64,000 nt of DNA from a virus. The position numbers were made by a program, and so were the translations under genes. How positions within the stretch are numbered: the first letter of the stretch is position 1; every line of letters starts with the position of its first letter. Below the pieces are notes generated by a model that saw only the letters and a list, made by a program, of their open reading frames with translations, searched no databases and was not told where the DNA came from. This document shows positions 1 through 7,857 of the stretch, in pieces. The stretch lies in IMG/VR virus record IMGVR_UViG_3300031857_000029, one strand, 5' to 3'.

Positions 1-38
1 AAGTAAAGCCAGTAGTAGAAGGCGAAGCAGCTAAGTAA
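1..38 (+). CDS. 3' end of an upstream ORF (partial)
   Basis: Stop TAA at 36-38 in the frame reading ...VKPVVEGEAAK*; followed by hairpin gactgtgg/ccacagtc at 46-68. Confidence 0.4.
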   Translation, partial: VKPVVEGEAAK

Positions 39-72
39 TATTTCGGACTGTGGCTAATACCCACAGTCTCCT

Positions 73-143
73 GCGGTTCTAGTGTAATAGATAGCACGGT
101 AGGCGTCCAGCTTACAGGTCCGGTGCAACTCCGTGGAACCGCT
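73..143 (+). tRNA. tRNA-Gly(UCC), atypical
   Basis: Cloverleaf: acceptor GCGGTTC/GAACCGC, D stem GTGT/GCAC, anticodon stem GTAGG/CTTAC with loop CG-TCC-AG, T loop TGCAACT, discriminator U (Gly identity); CCA not encoded. Confidence 0.8.
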
Positions 144-146
144 CTT

Positions 147-180
147 AAAGGGATTCTGTCTTTTCGATGGAATCCCTTTT
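147..180 (+). terminator. Intrinsic terminator
   Basis: aaagggattc...gaatcccttt stem ending in a T run. Confidence 0.6.
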
Positions 181-199
181 CACCTAAAAGGAGGTTATT

Positions 200-331
200 A
201 TGCATCCAAACGAACTAAATGTATTACAGAACACAGAATCTTTTATGGAAGAAGCAACAAAACTTGGGGAACGATACGTTGAAGCCCTAAAAGACCAGAT
301 TTCTCGTCAAAAAGAAAGAAAACAAAAGTAA
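200..331 (+). CDS. Small hypothetical protein (43 aa, MHPNELNVLQ...KERKQK)
   Basis: Strong SD AGGAGGT upstream of ATG at 200; open to TAA 329-331; below the ORF-track cutoff. Confidence 0.65.
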   Translation: MHPNELNVLQNTESFMEEATKLGERYVEALKDQISRQKERKQK

Positions 332-367
332 ACTGATATTTAAATAAGTCTACATTTTGGAGCGGTT

Positions 368-814
368 ATGCAGAAACCAACTAAGTATGTAAAAGCAACA
401 TTGACAAATAGTTGCGTCCCTGCGTGCCTCGCTATGGTTACGGGCAAAACACTCACAAGAGTAATCAAAGAAATTTACGAACATTGGGAAAACGAAGGTC
501 GATATCAAGGAATTGAAGATAACATCGTTGACCAGTATCTTTCTAAAAATGGATACGCAATTCAGCGTATTAGTCACGAATACGAACCTAACAAGTTGTT
601 AATTCCAAAATGGCCAGTCAAACCATTCGCTCCAATTCATATCGTAGATGTGTGGTCAACGAATCCGCCTGGAATGCACGCGGTGGTGATGTTAAAAGAT
701 GGAACAATTTATGACCCGTCTAATAAGCGTATCAAAGATATCTCAATGTACCAACGAGTATTTGGAATCGCAGGTGTTTGGAAAGTTACAGATAAGATTT
801 TTGATGTAAAATAA
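368..814 (+). CDS. Papain-fold cysteine peptidase, C39-like
   Basis: CVPACLAMV catalytic Cys helix, HAVV His strand, YDP motif. Confidence 0.65.
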   Translation: MQKPTKYVKATLTNSCVPACLAMVTGKTLTRVIKEIYEHWENEGRYQGIEDNIVDQYLSKNGYAIQRISHEYEPNKLLIPKWPVKPFAPIHIVDVWSTNPPGMHAVVMLKDGTIYDPSNKRIKDISMYQRVFGIAGVWKVTDKIFDVK

Positions 815-1148
815 GGGCCCGACCGGTTTCGACGGGATGTAGATGACTAGATTTTGTGTCCAGTTTAGTAATACTGGTAAAACAGACTAAAAATTTCAAC
901 TGGCAATCAATTAGCCCTCGCTGCGTAAGCAGCCTGACGAAGTAATCTGACCCACATAGGGTTACTATCGTTCATAACTGTGGTGTAGTATCGGAGAGAT
1001 GAGTTGGTATCTGATATCAAATTTACAAACTCTTATCCGTGTGGTTTCGCTGATTATTCAAAACACGGAAACATCTAACAATCAGCTACACACATAAACA
1101 TTTAGTAGGAAGCAGTCTCGGACCAGGGTTCGACTCCCTGCGGGTCCA
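815..1148 (+). ncRNA. ssrA: tmRNA; tag reading frame about 902-928 encoding (A)GNQLALAA
   Basis: 5' GGGCCCG-ACCGGTTTCGAC; 3' GGAC-CAGGG-TTCGACT-CCCTG-CGGGTCC-A; G3-U70 alanine wobble; internal ORF ending LALAA-stop after caact resume context. Confidence 0.93.
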
Positions 1149-1184
1149 CTAATAGTTACGAATCACAATTTTTTTGGAGAACTT

Positions 1185-1478
1185 ATGTACAAAAAAATTC
1201 TTGGGCAGATTCGTAAATTATTCTTTAAAGAAGAACGATATGATACTTCACTTCGTCGGCAATGTATTCTTGAAGAATATAAACTTATATTTGAACAAGT
1301 AAGAAGTTCGGACGACTTGACAAAGTTGCTTGCATCTCGTAAACTTATTAGAGACTTCCAACAAGGCGCTATTGATGTTGGGGAAGAACAATGGACTCGC
1401 CCATATCTGATGGATTTGCATCGAGCATGGAATATCAAGTATAGATACTGGAAACGAATCAGAGGCAGAGGTAAATAA
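1185..1478 (+). CDS. Hypothetical protein
   Basis: SD GGAGA, 97 aa, overlaps start of next ORF. Confidence 0.75.
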   Translation: MYKKILGQIRKLFFKEERYDTSLRRQCILEEYKLIFEQVRSSDDLTKLLASRKLIRDFQQGAIDVGEEQWTRPYLMDLHRAWNIKYRYWKRIRGRGK

Positions 1479-1846
1479 TGTTAAAGAAAAAGGTTACAAA
1501 ATTTACTGGTGGTAAACTTAGAGCAAAAGAACGTAAGACTCTGGTATGCCAAGATTGTGATGTGGTTACCGTCGAAGTGGCAAGTGATATCAAAGCTGTA
1601 ACTTGTGCATATTGCGTTCAACGACAAGTCGCTCCTCCCGCTGGTATCAAGCCAAAGCCGGAAGGTGAGAAGTTTCCCCGTGGTTGGGCATTGAAGCAAC
1701 GGTATGTTCACACAGATGGTAGAGTATTTATTAAGGGGAAGGATACTGGTGAAATTGAAACACCAGAAGCTCCAAAACCAAAGAAGGAAAGAAAGATTAC
1801 TGTAAAGAAAACAGCAAAGAAAAAAACTCCAAAGCGGAGAAAGTAA
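1478..1846 (+). CDS. Zinc-ribbon protein with basic tail
   Basis: CQDC...CAYC pair; Lys-rich N and C termini. Confidence 0.7.
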   Translation: MLKKKVTKFTGGKLRAKERKTLVCQDCDVVTVEVASDIKAVTCAYCVQRQVAPPAGIKPKPEGEKFPRGWALKQRYVHTDGRVFIKGKDTGEIETPEAPKPKKERKITVKKTAKKKTPKRRK

Positions 1847-2164
1847 ATGCTTCAATTACCACCAAATAAGCCATTCCAAGTTATACAAAAATTTCTTCAA
1901 GATAACGAAGCATTAGTATACTGGTATATGACATTGAGTATTTCAAAGTCTATTAAGGAAAATACTGATAAGACAGAATTATTTTCGTTCGGTGGTAGTA
2001 GTGAAAATATCGCAGTGGTCAAGAAAAGTGATTACGAACAAGTATTGTCTGATGCAATAAAGCATTTTAGTGACGCAGAAGAATATGAACATGCTGCGTT
2101 CGCACGAGATTTGTTAAACAAGTGGAAGATTGAACAAGTAATAAACGAAAAACCAACGGAGTAG
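1847..2164 (+). CDS. Hypothetical protein with C-terminal UVR (UvrB/UvrC) motif
   Basis: EEYEHAAFARDLL resembles the UVR consensus E.YE.AA.lRD.i. Confidence 0.6.
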   Translation: MLQLPPNKPFQVIQKFLQDNEALVYWYMTLSISKSIKENTDKTELFSFGGSSENIAVVKKSDYEQVLSDAIKHFSDAEEYEHAAFARDLLNKWKIEQVINEKPTE

Positions 2165-2166
2165 TT

Positions 2167-2679
2167 ATGGGATTTGAATCTGCGCGATGCGTAGTTCTTA
2201 ATGCCACATACGAACCGATTACAATTGTCTCATCCAAACGGGCACTCGTACTTTACCTTGAAGGTAAAGCTATGATTGTCGAAGAACATCCAGAGTTGGT
2301 GGTGCGGTCACCGAGTCAGACGTTCCCTGTTCCGATTAGCATTGTGCTAAAGGAATTTGTAAAGGGTCGTATGGTATTTCGGACTAAAGCACTACTGACA
2401 CAACGAAATCTATTTATTCGTGACCAGTATACTTGTCAGTACTGCGGTCGCAACAAACAACAAATTAAGCACTCAGAATTCTTAACCCGTGACCACGTAG
2501 TTCCGCGTCATATCGGGGGTAAGGATATTTGGGAGAACGTGGTCACCTGCTGTAATTCGTGTAATAACAAGAAGGCGTATCATCTATTAGAAGATATTAA
2601 TATGACCCTCTTGAAAATTCCAGCAGCACCTACTATATTTGAATTGTGGACTAGGCAACAGAAAAAACACTATCACTAA
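2167..2679 (+). CDS. HNH endonuclease
   Basis: VLNATYEP N-terminus; RD..TCQYCG, DHVVP..GG..WEN...C..CN..K. Confidence 0.9.
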   Translation: MGFESARCVVLNATYEPITIVSSKRALVLYLEGKAMIVEEHPELVVRSPSQTFPVPISIVLKEFVKGRMVFRTKALLTQRNLFIRDQYTCQYCGRNKQQIKHSEFLTRDHVVPRHIGGKDIWENVVTCCNSCNNKKAYHLLEDINMTLLKIPAAPTIFELWTRQQKKHYH

Positions 2680-2694
2680 ACAAGGATAAACACA

Positions 2695-3318
2695 ATGGTT
2701 ACGGAAGAGCAACTTAAAGAACGGTACGAGAAGTTTCTAGAGTTTGTCAAAGCTGACGAACGTTCTGAGCAACTTCTCGCAATGTACGAAGATTTCAGTA
2801 CGGAGTTGACCACCGCTCCGGCTGCAGGTAAAACCTATTTTCATAATGCGTTTCCCGGCGGATATCTTGACCACGTGGTTCGGGTGACGGAAACAGCACT
2901 CCAGCTGGCGTCGGTATATAAGAAGATTGGCGGTGATATAGACTTCACCAAGCAAGAGCTGGTGTTCGCTGCGCTTCATCACGATTTGGGTAAGCTAGGT
3001 AATCCAGTTGAAGGGCCATATTATGTTGACCAAGATTCGGATTGGCACCGTAAACGTGGTGAAATGTACAAGCAGAACGAAAACATTCAATATATGAAGG
3101 TTCCCGACCGCGCCCTCTATCTTCTTCAACACTATGATATCAAGATTACACAGAAGGAATGGATTGGTATCAAGTTGTCCGATGGTATTTATGATGAGGG
3201 AGCAAAGTCGTATCTGATTAACTACGCTCCATATGCGATGAAAACCAACCTTCCTCGTATTATTCACTGGGCTGACCATATGTCTAGTCAATCAGAAAAC
3301 GATAATTCACGATTTTAA
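2695..3318 (+). CDS. HD-domain phosphohydrolase
   Basis: H.AFPGG..DH, ALHHDLGK, IIHWAD motifs. Confidence 0.85.
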   Translation: MVTEEQLKERYEKFLEFVKADERSEQLLAMYEDFSTELTTAPAAGKTYFHNAFPGGYLDHVVRVTETALQLASVYKKIGGDIDFTKQELVFAALHHDLGKLGNPVEGPYYVDQDSDWHRKRGEMYKQNENIQYMKVPDRALYLLQHYDIKITQKEWIGIKLSDGIYDEGAKSYLINYAPYAMKTNLPRIIHWADHMSSQSENDNSRF

Positions 3319-3358
3319 TATTGTTTAATATAACCGTTCAAAATCACTTGGACGGTTA

Positions 3359-3366
3359 TATTTATA
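3359..3366 (+). promoter_or_regulatory. Putative late promoter TATTTATA upstream of hsp20
   Basis: Copy of the motif recurring in intergenic gaps before operons. Confidence 0.55.
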
Positions 3367-3442
3367 TTAGACCTGCGCACAATGCGAGGTCATACCAACG
3401 TGACGCTCAATAGTGAGGTCACATAATATAGGAGGTCATTTT

Positions 3443-3922
3443 ATGACTCATTTAGTATTTCGCCCATTCGGGTCAACGGTTTTGAACAATCGGGATAACT
3501 TCATCAGTACATTCGATAAGATGTTCGATGAATTTGCTCGAAAAGATTTCCCAGAGTTTTTCCAACATTGGGGAGCAGAACCTTTTGGAAAGGCAGCATA
3601 TCCGAAGGTCAATGTAATCTCAAATGACGAGTCTGTGACAATTGAAGCGGAACTCGCTGGTTACAAGAAGAATGAAATTGATATTGAGGTTAAGGAAGGT
3701 GTCTTGACCATTTCGGGTGGCGCATCTCAATTGAACGAGCAAACTGATAAATCCGTTTATCTACTTCGTGAACTCAAGCGTAGTTCGTTCAGTCGTTCAT
3801 TTAAGCTCGGTGACCAATTGGATGCCTCAGCAGTAGATGCACAGTTTGATAATGGGTTATTGACTGTAACAATCCAAAAATTGACAAAGGAACCAGCTAG
3901 TACAAAGGTTACAATTAAGTAA
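3443..3922 (+). CDS. Small heat-shock protein Hsp20 (alpha-crystallin domain)
   Basis: YPKVNV...EAELAG.KK..I.I....GVLTISG...RE...FSRSF.L...A.F.NGLLTVTI; SD GGAGGT favours ATG at 3443. Confidence 0.92.
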   Translation: MTHLVFRPFGSTVLNNRDNFISTFDKMFDEFARKDFPEFFQHWGAEPFGKAAYPKVNVISNDESVTIEAELAGYKKNEIDIEVKEGVLTISGGASQLNEQTDKSVYLLRELKRSSFSRSFKLGDQLDASAVDAQFDNGLLTVTIQKLTKEPASTKVTIK

Positions 3923-3949
3923 TTTCACTTTAACCAACAGGAGGTCTGT

Positions 3950-4006
3950 ATGTGCTGTTGTGTAGATTGTAAGTGTAGTTGCTGTGTAAACCACATAACC
4001 GAGTAA
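3950..4006 (+). CDS. Cys-rich micropeptide MCCCVDCKCSCCVNHITE (18 aa)
   Basis: SD AGGAGGT 4 nt before ATG; 7 Cys in 18 residues. Confidence 0.5.
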   Translation: MCCCVDCKCSCCVNHITE

Positions 4007-4073
4007 CGGGAGGTGATCCACATCGGTTATGTCTGGTATCCAACCTTAATTTAAGGAGATAAACTAGAAATAT

Positions 4074-4117
4074 AACGAGCCGGACTGGTTCTTACTGGTT
4101 CGGTTCGTTTTTCTTTT
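4074..4117 (+). terminator. Intrinsic terminator closing the hsp20 unit
   Basis: aacgagccggactgg / ctggttcggttcgtt stem followed by tttctttt. Confidence 0.7.
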
Positions 4118-4126
4118 GGAGAATAT

Positions 4127-5092
4127 ATGAGTAAATTTTTTAATTTCAAAACACTGGTTTCATTTACTGCGTTAGTAATTGCAGGAAGCGCAGCACTGTT
4201 CTCAGTAACGGGCATTGGTACCTTATTCGCAGGAGCAGCAGTGTCTGCGATGGTGATGGCTGGTGCTTTGGAATTAGGTAAGCTGGTGGGTATCTCATTT
4301 CTTTACCGATATTGGAATGAAATACCAAAAGCATTAAAGAGTTATATGTTGGTGGCAAGCGTTGTGCTTATCGGTATTACATCAGCGGGTATCTATGGAT
4401 ATCTATCGTCTGCATATGCAAAGGTTGCAGCTGACCCATTAAAGATGAACGCAGAAGTGCAAATCTTGAATTCACAAGCACAAACCCTTGACCAAGAAAT
4501 ACAACGAAAGACACAACGATTAGACCAGATTATTGCGCTTCGTGGTCAACAAGAAAATCGTATTGATAATCTTATCAGTAAAAGTACCACGGGTTCTAAT
4601 ACATCCATTCGGTCAGCACAAAATAGTTTAACAGAATTGAATAGAACTGCAAACACATTACAAAAAGAAATCAATCAAGCGTCATCACAACGAGATAGTT
4701 TAAAAGCAAAAAGTTTGACCACAGATGTTGCCATCACAACTAATTCAGATATCGGAACATTCGTATATATTTCTCGCGCAATTGGTGTTCCATTAGATAC
4801 AGTAGTTAAATGGTTTATACTAGTGATTGTGTTAGTATTTGACCCGTTATCAATCTGTTTAATTCTTGCATATAATTTTTTAATGAAACGGGAGCAACCT
4901 GAAGAAAAATCATATGAAATATATGGAGAAAGTATACCTGAAGAACGAAGATTGTCTGACGATTTGATGGATACATTAGAAGGAGATGACCCATTTCCTC
5001 AGTATATGACAAAAGAAGAAACCGAAGATGTATTGGAAAAATTTTGGATGAAAAAAACTATGGCTAAACATAAAGATATTAATATCTTTTAA
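4127..5092 (+). CDS. Membrane protein with long coiled coil
   Basis: Three N-terminal hydrophobic segments, heptad-rich middle, TM with VFDPL motif. Confidence 0.8.
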   Translation: MSKFFNFKTLVSFTALVIAGSAALFSVTGIGTLFAGAAVSAMVMAGALELGKLVGISFLYRYWNEIPKALKSYMLVASVVLIGITSAGIYGYLSSAYAKVAADPLKMNAEVQILNSQAQTLDQEIQRKTQRLDQIIALRGQQENRIDNLISKSTTGSNTSIRSAQNSLTELNRTANTLQKEINQASSQRDSLKAKSLTTDVAITTNSDIGTFVYISRAIGVPLDTVVKWFILVIVLVFDPLSICLILAYNFLMKREQPEEKSYEIYGESIPEERRLSDDLMDTLEGDDPFPQYMTKEETEDVLEKFWMKKTMAKHKDINIF

Positions 5093-5100
5093 TAGACCAC

Positions 5101-5129
5101 TTGACAAAATCCCCAATTTGGTGTATATT
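5101..5129 (+). promoter_or_regulatory. Sigma70-type promoter
   Basis: TTGACA-17 nt-TATATT. Confidence 0.7.
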
Positions 5130-5156
5130 TAGTATACTACTTAATTGGGGGTTTCT

Positions 5157-6056
5157 GTGCCTATCAACGTTGGTTACTGTTGCATCAACAATACACTAAA
5201 TAAGAAGGGCATTACTACTGGCCGTGCTATGCGTAAAGCCACATTTGAAGCCAAGGGTATTAAATACGCATCTGAATTGGCACTCGCAAACGCCAAAGAC
5301 CTCCTTGAAATCCTTATGTGGAACGCCGACAACGGAGTAAAAGTATTCCGTATGGGGTCTGGTATATTCCCGTGGGGTACCGAATACAAGTCCACAAACC
5401 TACCAGATTTCTTTGAGATTGCCAGTACCTTACGACTCTGCGGTAACTTCGCAAAACATACTGGTCAGCGCATTACCGCTCATCCTGACCATTTCGTAAA
5501 GTTGGGGTCAACCAATCCAAAAGCAGTCGAGAATTCTATCAAAGACTTGGAACTTCACTCCGAAGTATTTGACCTTATGGGGCTTGATACAACTCCCTAC
5601 AATGCAATCAATATTCATGTGGGTATGAACTTTTCCGAAGAAACTGCTCAACGATGGATTGATAATTTCCGTAAGTTGTCACCAAATCTTCAAGCTCGTA
5701 TGGTGGTCGAGAATGATGACAAAGAAAACTCATTTTCCATCATTCAACTTTTTACATACCTACACACAGAGTTGGGTATTCCGCTTACCTTCGACTATTT
5801 CCATCATCAGTTTCACCCCGATGGATTGACCACCCAAGAAGCAGCAGAACTTGCCGCCGGCACTTGGCCGGAAGGTATCACACCACTTTTCCATTATAGT
5901 GAGAGTAAAAATATCAATGAAAATGTTACAGGCAATCCTCGGGCTCATGCTGATTATGTCTTTTCTCGTATTGACGATTTTGGACTCACGTTGGATGTTG
6001 ACCTCGAAGCAAAAGCTAAAGAACTAGCACTATTCAAATATCGGGAGTTAGTATGA
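5157..6056 (+). CDS. uvsE: UV-damage endonuclease
   Basis: GYCC, N.K.FR.GS, R.TAHP.HF, INIHVG, VVENDD, DYFHH, HYSES, RAHADY, EAKAKE motifs; GTG start likely at 5157. Confidence 0.92.
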   Translation: MPINVGYCCINNTLNKKGITTGRAMRKATFEAKGIKYASELALANAKDLLEILMWNADNGVKVFRMGSGIFPWGTEYKSTNLPDFFEIASTLRLCGNFAKHTGQRITAHPDHFVKLGSTNPKAVENSIKDLELHSEVFDLMGLDTTPYNAINIHVGMNFSEETAQRWIDNFRKLSPNLQARMVVENDDKENSFSIIQLFTYLHTELGIPLTFDYFHHQFHPDGLTTQEAAELAAGTWPEGITPLFHYSESKNINENVTGNPRAHADYVFSRIDDFGLTLDVDLEAKAKELALFKYRELV

Positions 6057-6202
6057 ATACACTACTTGACATTTTACGGGGAACGATATATGTTATTGTA
6101 TCACTTATAATAATCGCTGTATTAGGGGTTATCTATTTGGGATTTGTGACTTTTGTTCTATTTCAAGAACTTTTCAAGTACCTTAAAGAAAAACTACAAT
6201 GA
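6053..6202 (+). CDS. Small single-pass membrane protein (49 aa)
   Basis: ATGA overlaps with both neighbours; hydrophobic IYVIVSLIIIAVLGVIYLGFVTFVLF. Confidence 0.6.
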   Translation: MNTLLDILRGTIYVIVSLIIIAVLGVIYLGFVTFVLFQELFKYLKEKLQ

Positions 6203-6834
6203 CACCGCTTATTTCTTTTGCTATTACGACGCATAACGAAGGCGACTATATTCGTGAACTGATTGACCAGCTTGTTCCACACTGTGAACAAACCGGCGAT
6301 GAAATTGTTGTCGTGGATGATAATTCTACCGACCCGTTCACCACAAGTATGTTATATGACTATGAGAACGCAGATTTAATCCAACTGTATAGTCACGAAC
6401 TTAATCACAACTTCGGTGAACACAAGAATTTCTTGAACAGTAAGTGTAACGGAGAATACATTTTCCAAGTTGATGCGGACGAAAAGTTTCATAGTAATCT
6501 TCTCAACTATATGCATGATATTGTAGATAACAATAAGCATGTAGATTTGTTTATGATTCCTCGCGTGAATATTGTGGGTGGATTAACTGATGAGGATATT
6601 CGTCGTTGGGGATGGAGAATCAATGAAAAGGGTTGGGTAATGTTCCCAGACTATCAGACTCGTTTATATAAGAATGCTGAACATATTAAGTGGCAAGGAA
6701 CAGTACACGAACGCATTGTAGGATATAACACCACAGCTTCATTACCAGCAGAAGAAGAATGGAGTCTGTATCACATCAAGGATATTGACCGTCAACGCAA
6801 ACAAAACGACTATTATGACACAATTACACGGTAA
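6199..6834 (+). CDS. Glycosyltransferase family 2
   Basis: ISFAITTHNE, IVVVDDNSTD, QVDADE (DxD), PDYQTRLY...W.G.VHE. Confidence 0.9.
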   Translation: MTPLISFAITTHNEGDYIRELIDQLVPHCEQTGDEIVVVDDNSTDPFTTSMLYDYENADLIQLYSHELNHNFGEHKNFLNSKCNGEYIFQVDADEKFHSNLLNYMHDIVDNNKHVDLFMIPRVNIVGGLTDEDIRRWGWRINEKGWVMFPDYQTRLYKNAEHIKWQGTVHERIVGYNTTASLPAEEEWSLYHIKDIDRQRKQNDYYDTITR

Positions 6835-7846
6835 ACAAGCACTCACCTACGACGATATCCAGTTGATTCCTGCATACTCGGATATTGAATCTCGTCAGAA
6901 TATTGACCTATCTACCCAATTGACTACTAATTATAGGATTAGGGTTCCACTTGTTGCATCTCCAATGGACACGGTATGTGATAGTGAAATGGCAATCGCA
7001 ATGGCAGCACTTGGTGGAATTGGATGTATCCATCGTTTTTATACAATTGAAGAAGAAGCCGAACAGGTACTTAAGGTTGCCAATAATGTAAAGAACAAGG
7101 ATTGGTTTACACCGCATGTGATGGCAGCAGTCGGTGCTAATGGTGATTACTTAGAACGAGCACAAGAATTGGTTAAAAGCGGAGCCAATATTATTTTGAT
7201 TGATGTTGCACACGGGTACCATAAGTTTGTAGTAGATGCAATTCGTACTATGAAGAACACTCTTCCTTCACATATTGATATTGTTGCAGGAAATGTTGCA
7301 ACTGGTGATGCGGCTCTTAGGTTACAAGAAGAAGGAGCTGATGCAATTCGTGTTGGGATTGGTGGTGGGTCACTTTGTACTACCCGTATCAAAACGGGAT
7401 TTGGTGTTCCAAATGTGACATCGTTGATTAATTGTTCACATGCAGTCCAAGTTCCGATTATCGCATGTGGTGGTATTCGGAATGGTGGTGACATTGCGAA
7501 GGCACTGGGAGTTGGAGCAAATTCCGTTATCCTCGGTTCACTTATCGCAGGAACGAAGGAAGCCCCAGGTCCAATGATTGAGAAGGCAAATGGGTTGTAT
7601 AAGCGGTATCGTGGTGCGGCATCGTTGGAAACAAAGAGTATCCACGGTCAAGCAACACGGAATGTTGAAGGTGAATCAACTATCGTACCATTTAAGGGTA
7701 AGGTGAAGTTTGTGGTGGATGGACTTCTTGACGGATTGCGTTCTGCATTATCTTATGCTGGTGCAAACAATCTTCGGGAGTATTTTCCAGAATATGTGGT
7801 GGTGACTAATGCCGGGGTTCGTGAGGCACAACCACATTTACTCTAA
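6815..7846 (+). CDS. IMPDH/GMP reductase family enzyme without CBS domains
   Basis: LTYDD..L.P, ASPMDTV, GIGCIHR, IDVAHG, GNVAT, GIGGGSLCTTR, GGIR..GDIAKAL; ATG at 6815. Confidence 0.9.
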   Translation: MTQLHGKQALTYDDIQLIPAYSDIESRQNIDLSTQLTTNYRIRVPLVASPMDTVCDSEMAIAMAALGGIGCIHRFYTIEEEAEQVLKVANNVKNKDWFTPHVMAAVGANGDYLERAQELVKSGANIILIDVAHGYHKFVVDAIRTMKNTLPSHIDIVAGNVATGDAALRLQEEGADAIRVGIGGGSLCTTRIKTGFGVPNVTSLINCSHAVQVPIIACGGIRNGGDIAKALGVGANSVILGSLIAGTKEAPGPMIEKANGLYKRYRGAASLETKSIHGQATRNVEGESTIVPFKGKVKFVVDGLLDGLRSALSYAGANNLREYFPEYVVVTNAGVREAQPHLL

Positions 7847-7857
7847 TAGGAGGATAT

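Noticed and set aside
99-115. Reading the tRNA as Trp(CCA) by shifting the anticodon one base
   Set aside because: The shift breaks the anticodon stem; acceptor stem and U73 match Gly
2167-2679. HNH gene as part of an intron or mobile element
   Set aside because: Free-standing in an operon, flanking genes uninterrupted, no intron structure seen
3319-3442. CIRCE operator upstream of hsp20
   Set aside because: No TTAGCACTC-N9-GAGTGCTAA match
2695-7846. HD protein plus purine enzyme as a 2-aminoadenine (DatZ/PurZ) pathway
   Set aside because: No PurA/PurZ-like gene in the window; the purine enzyme is IMPDH/GMPR family
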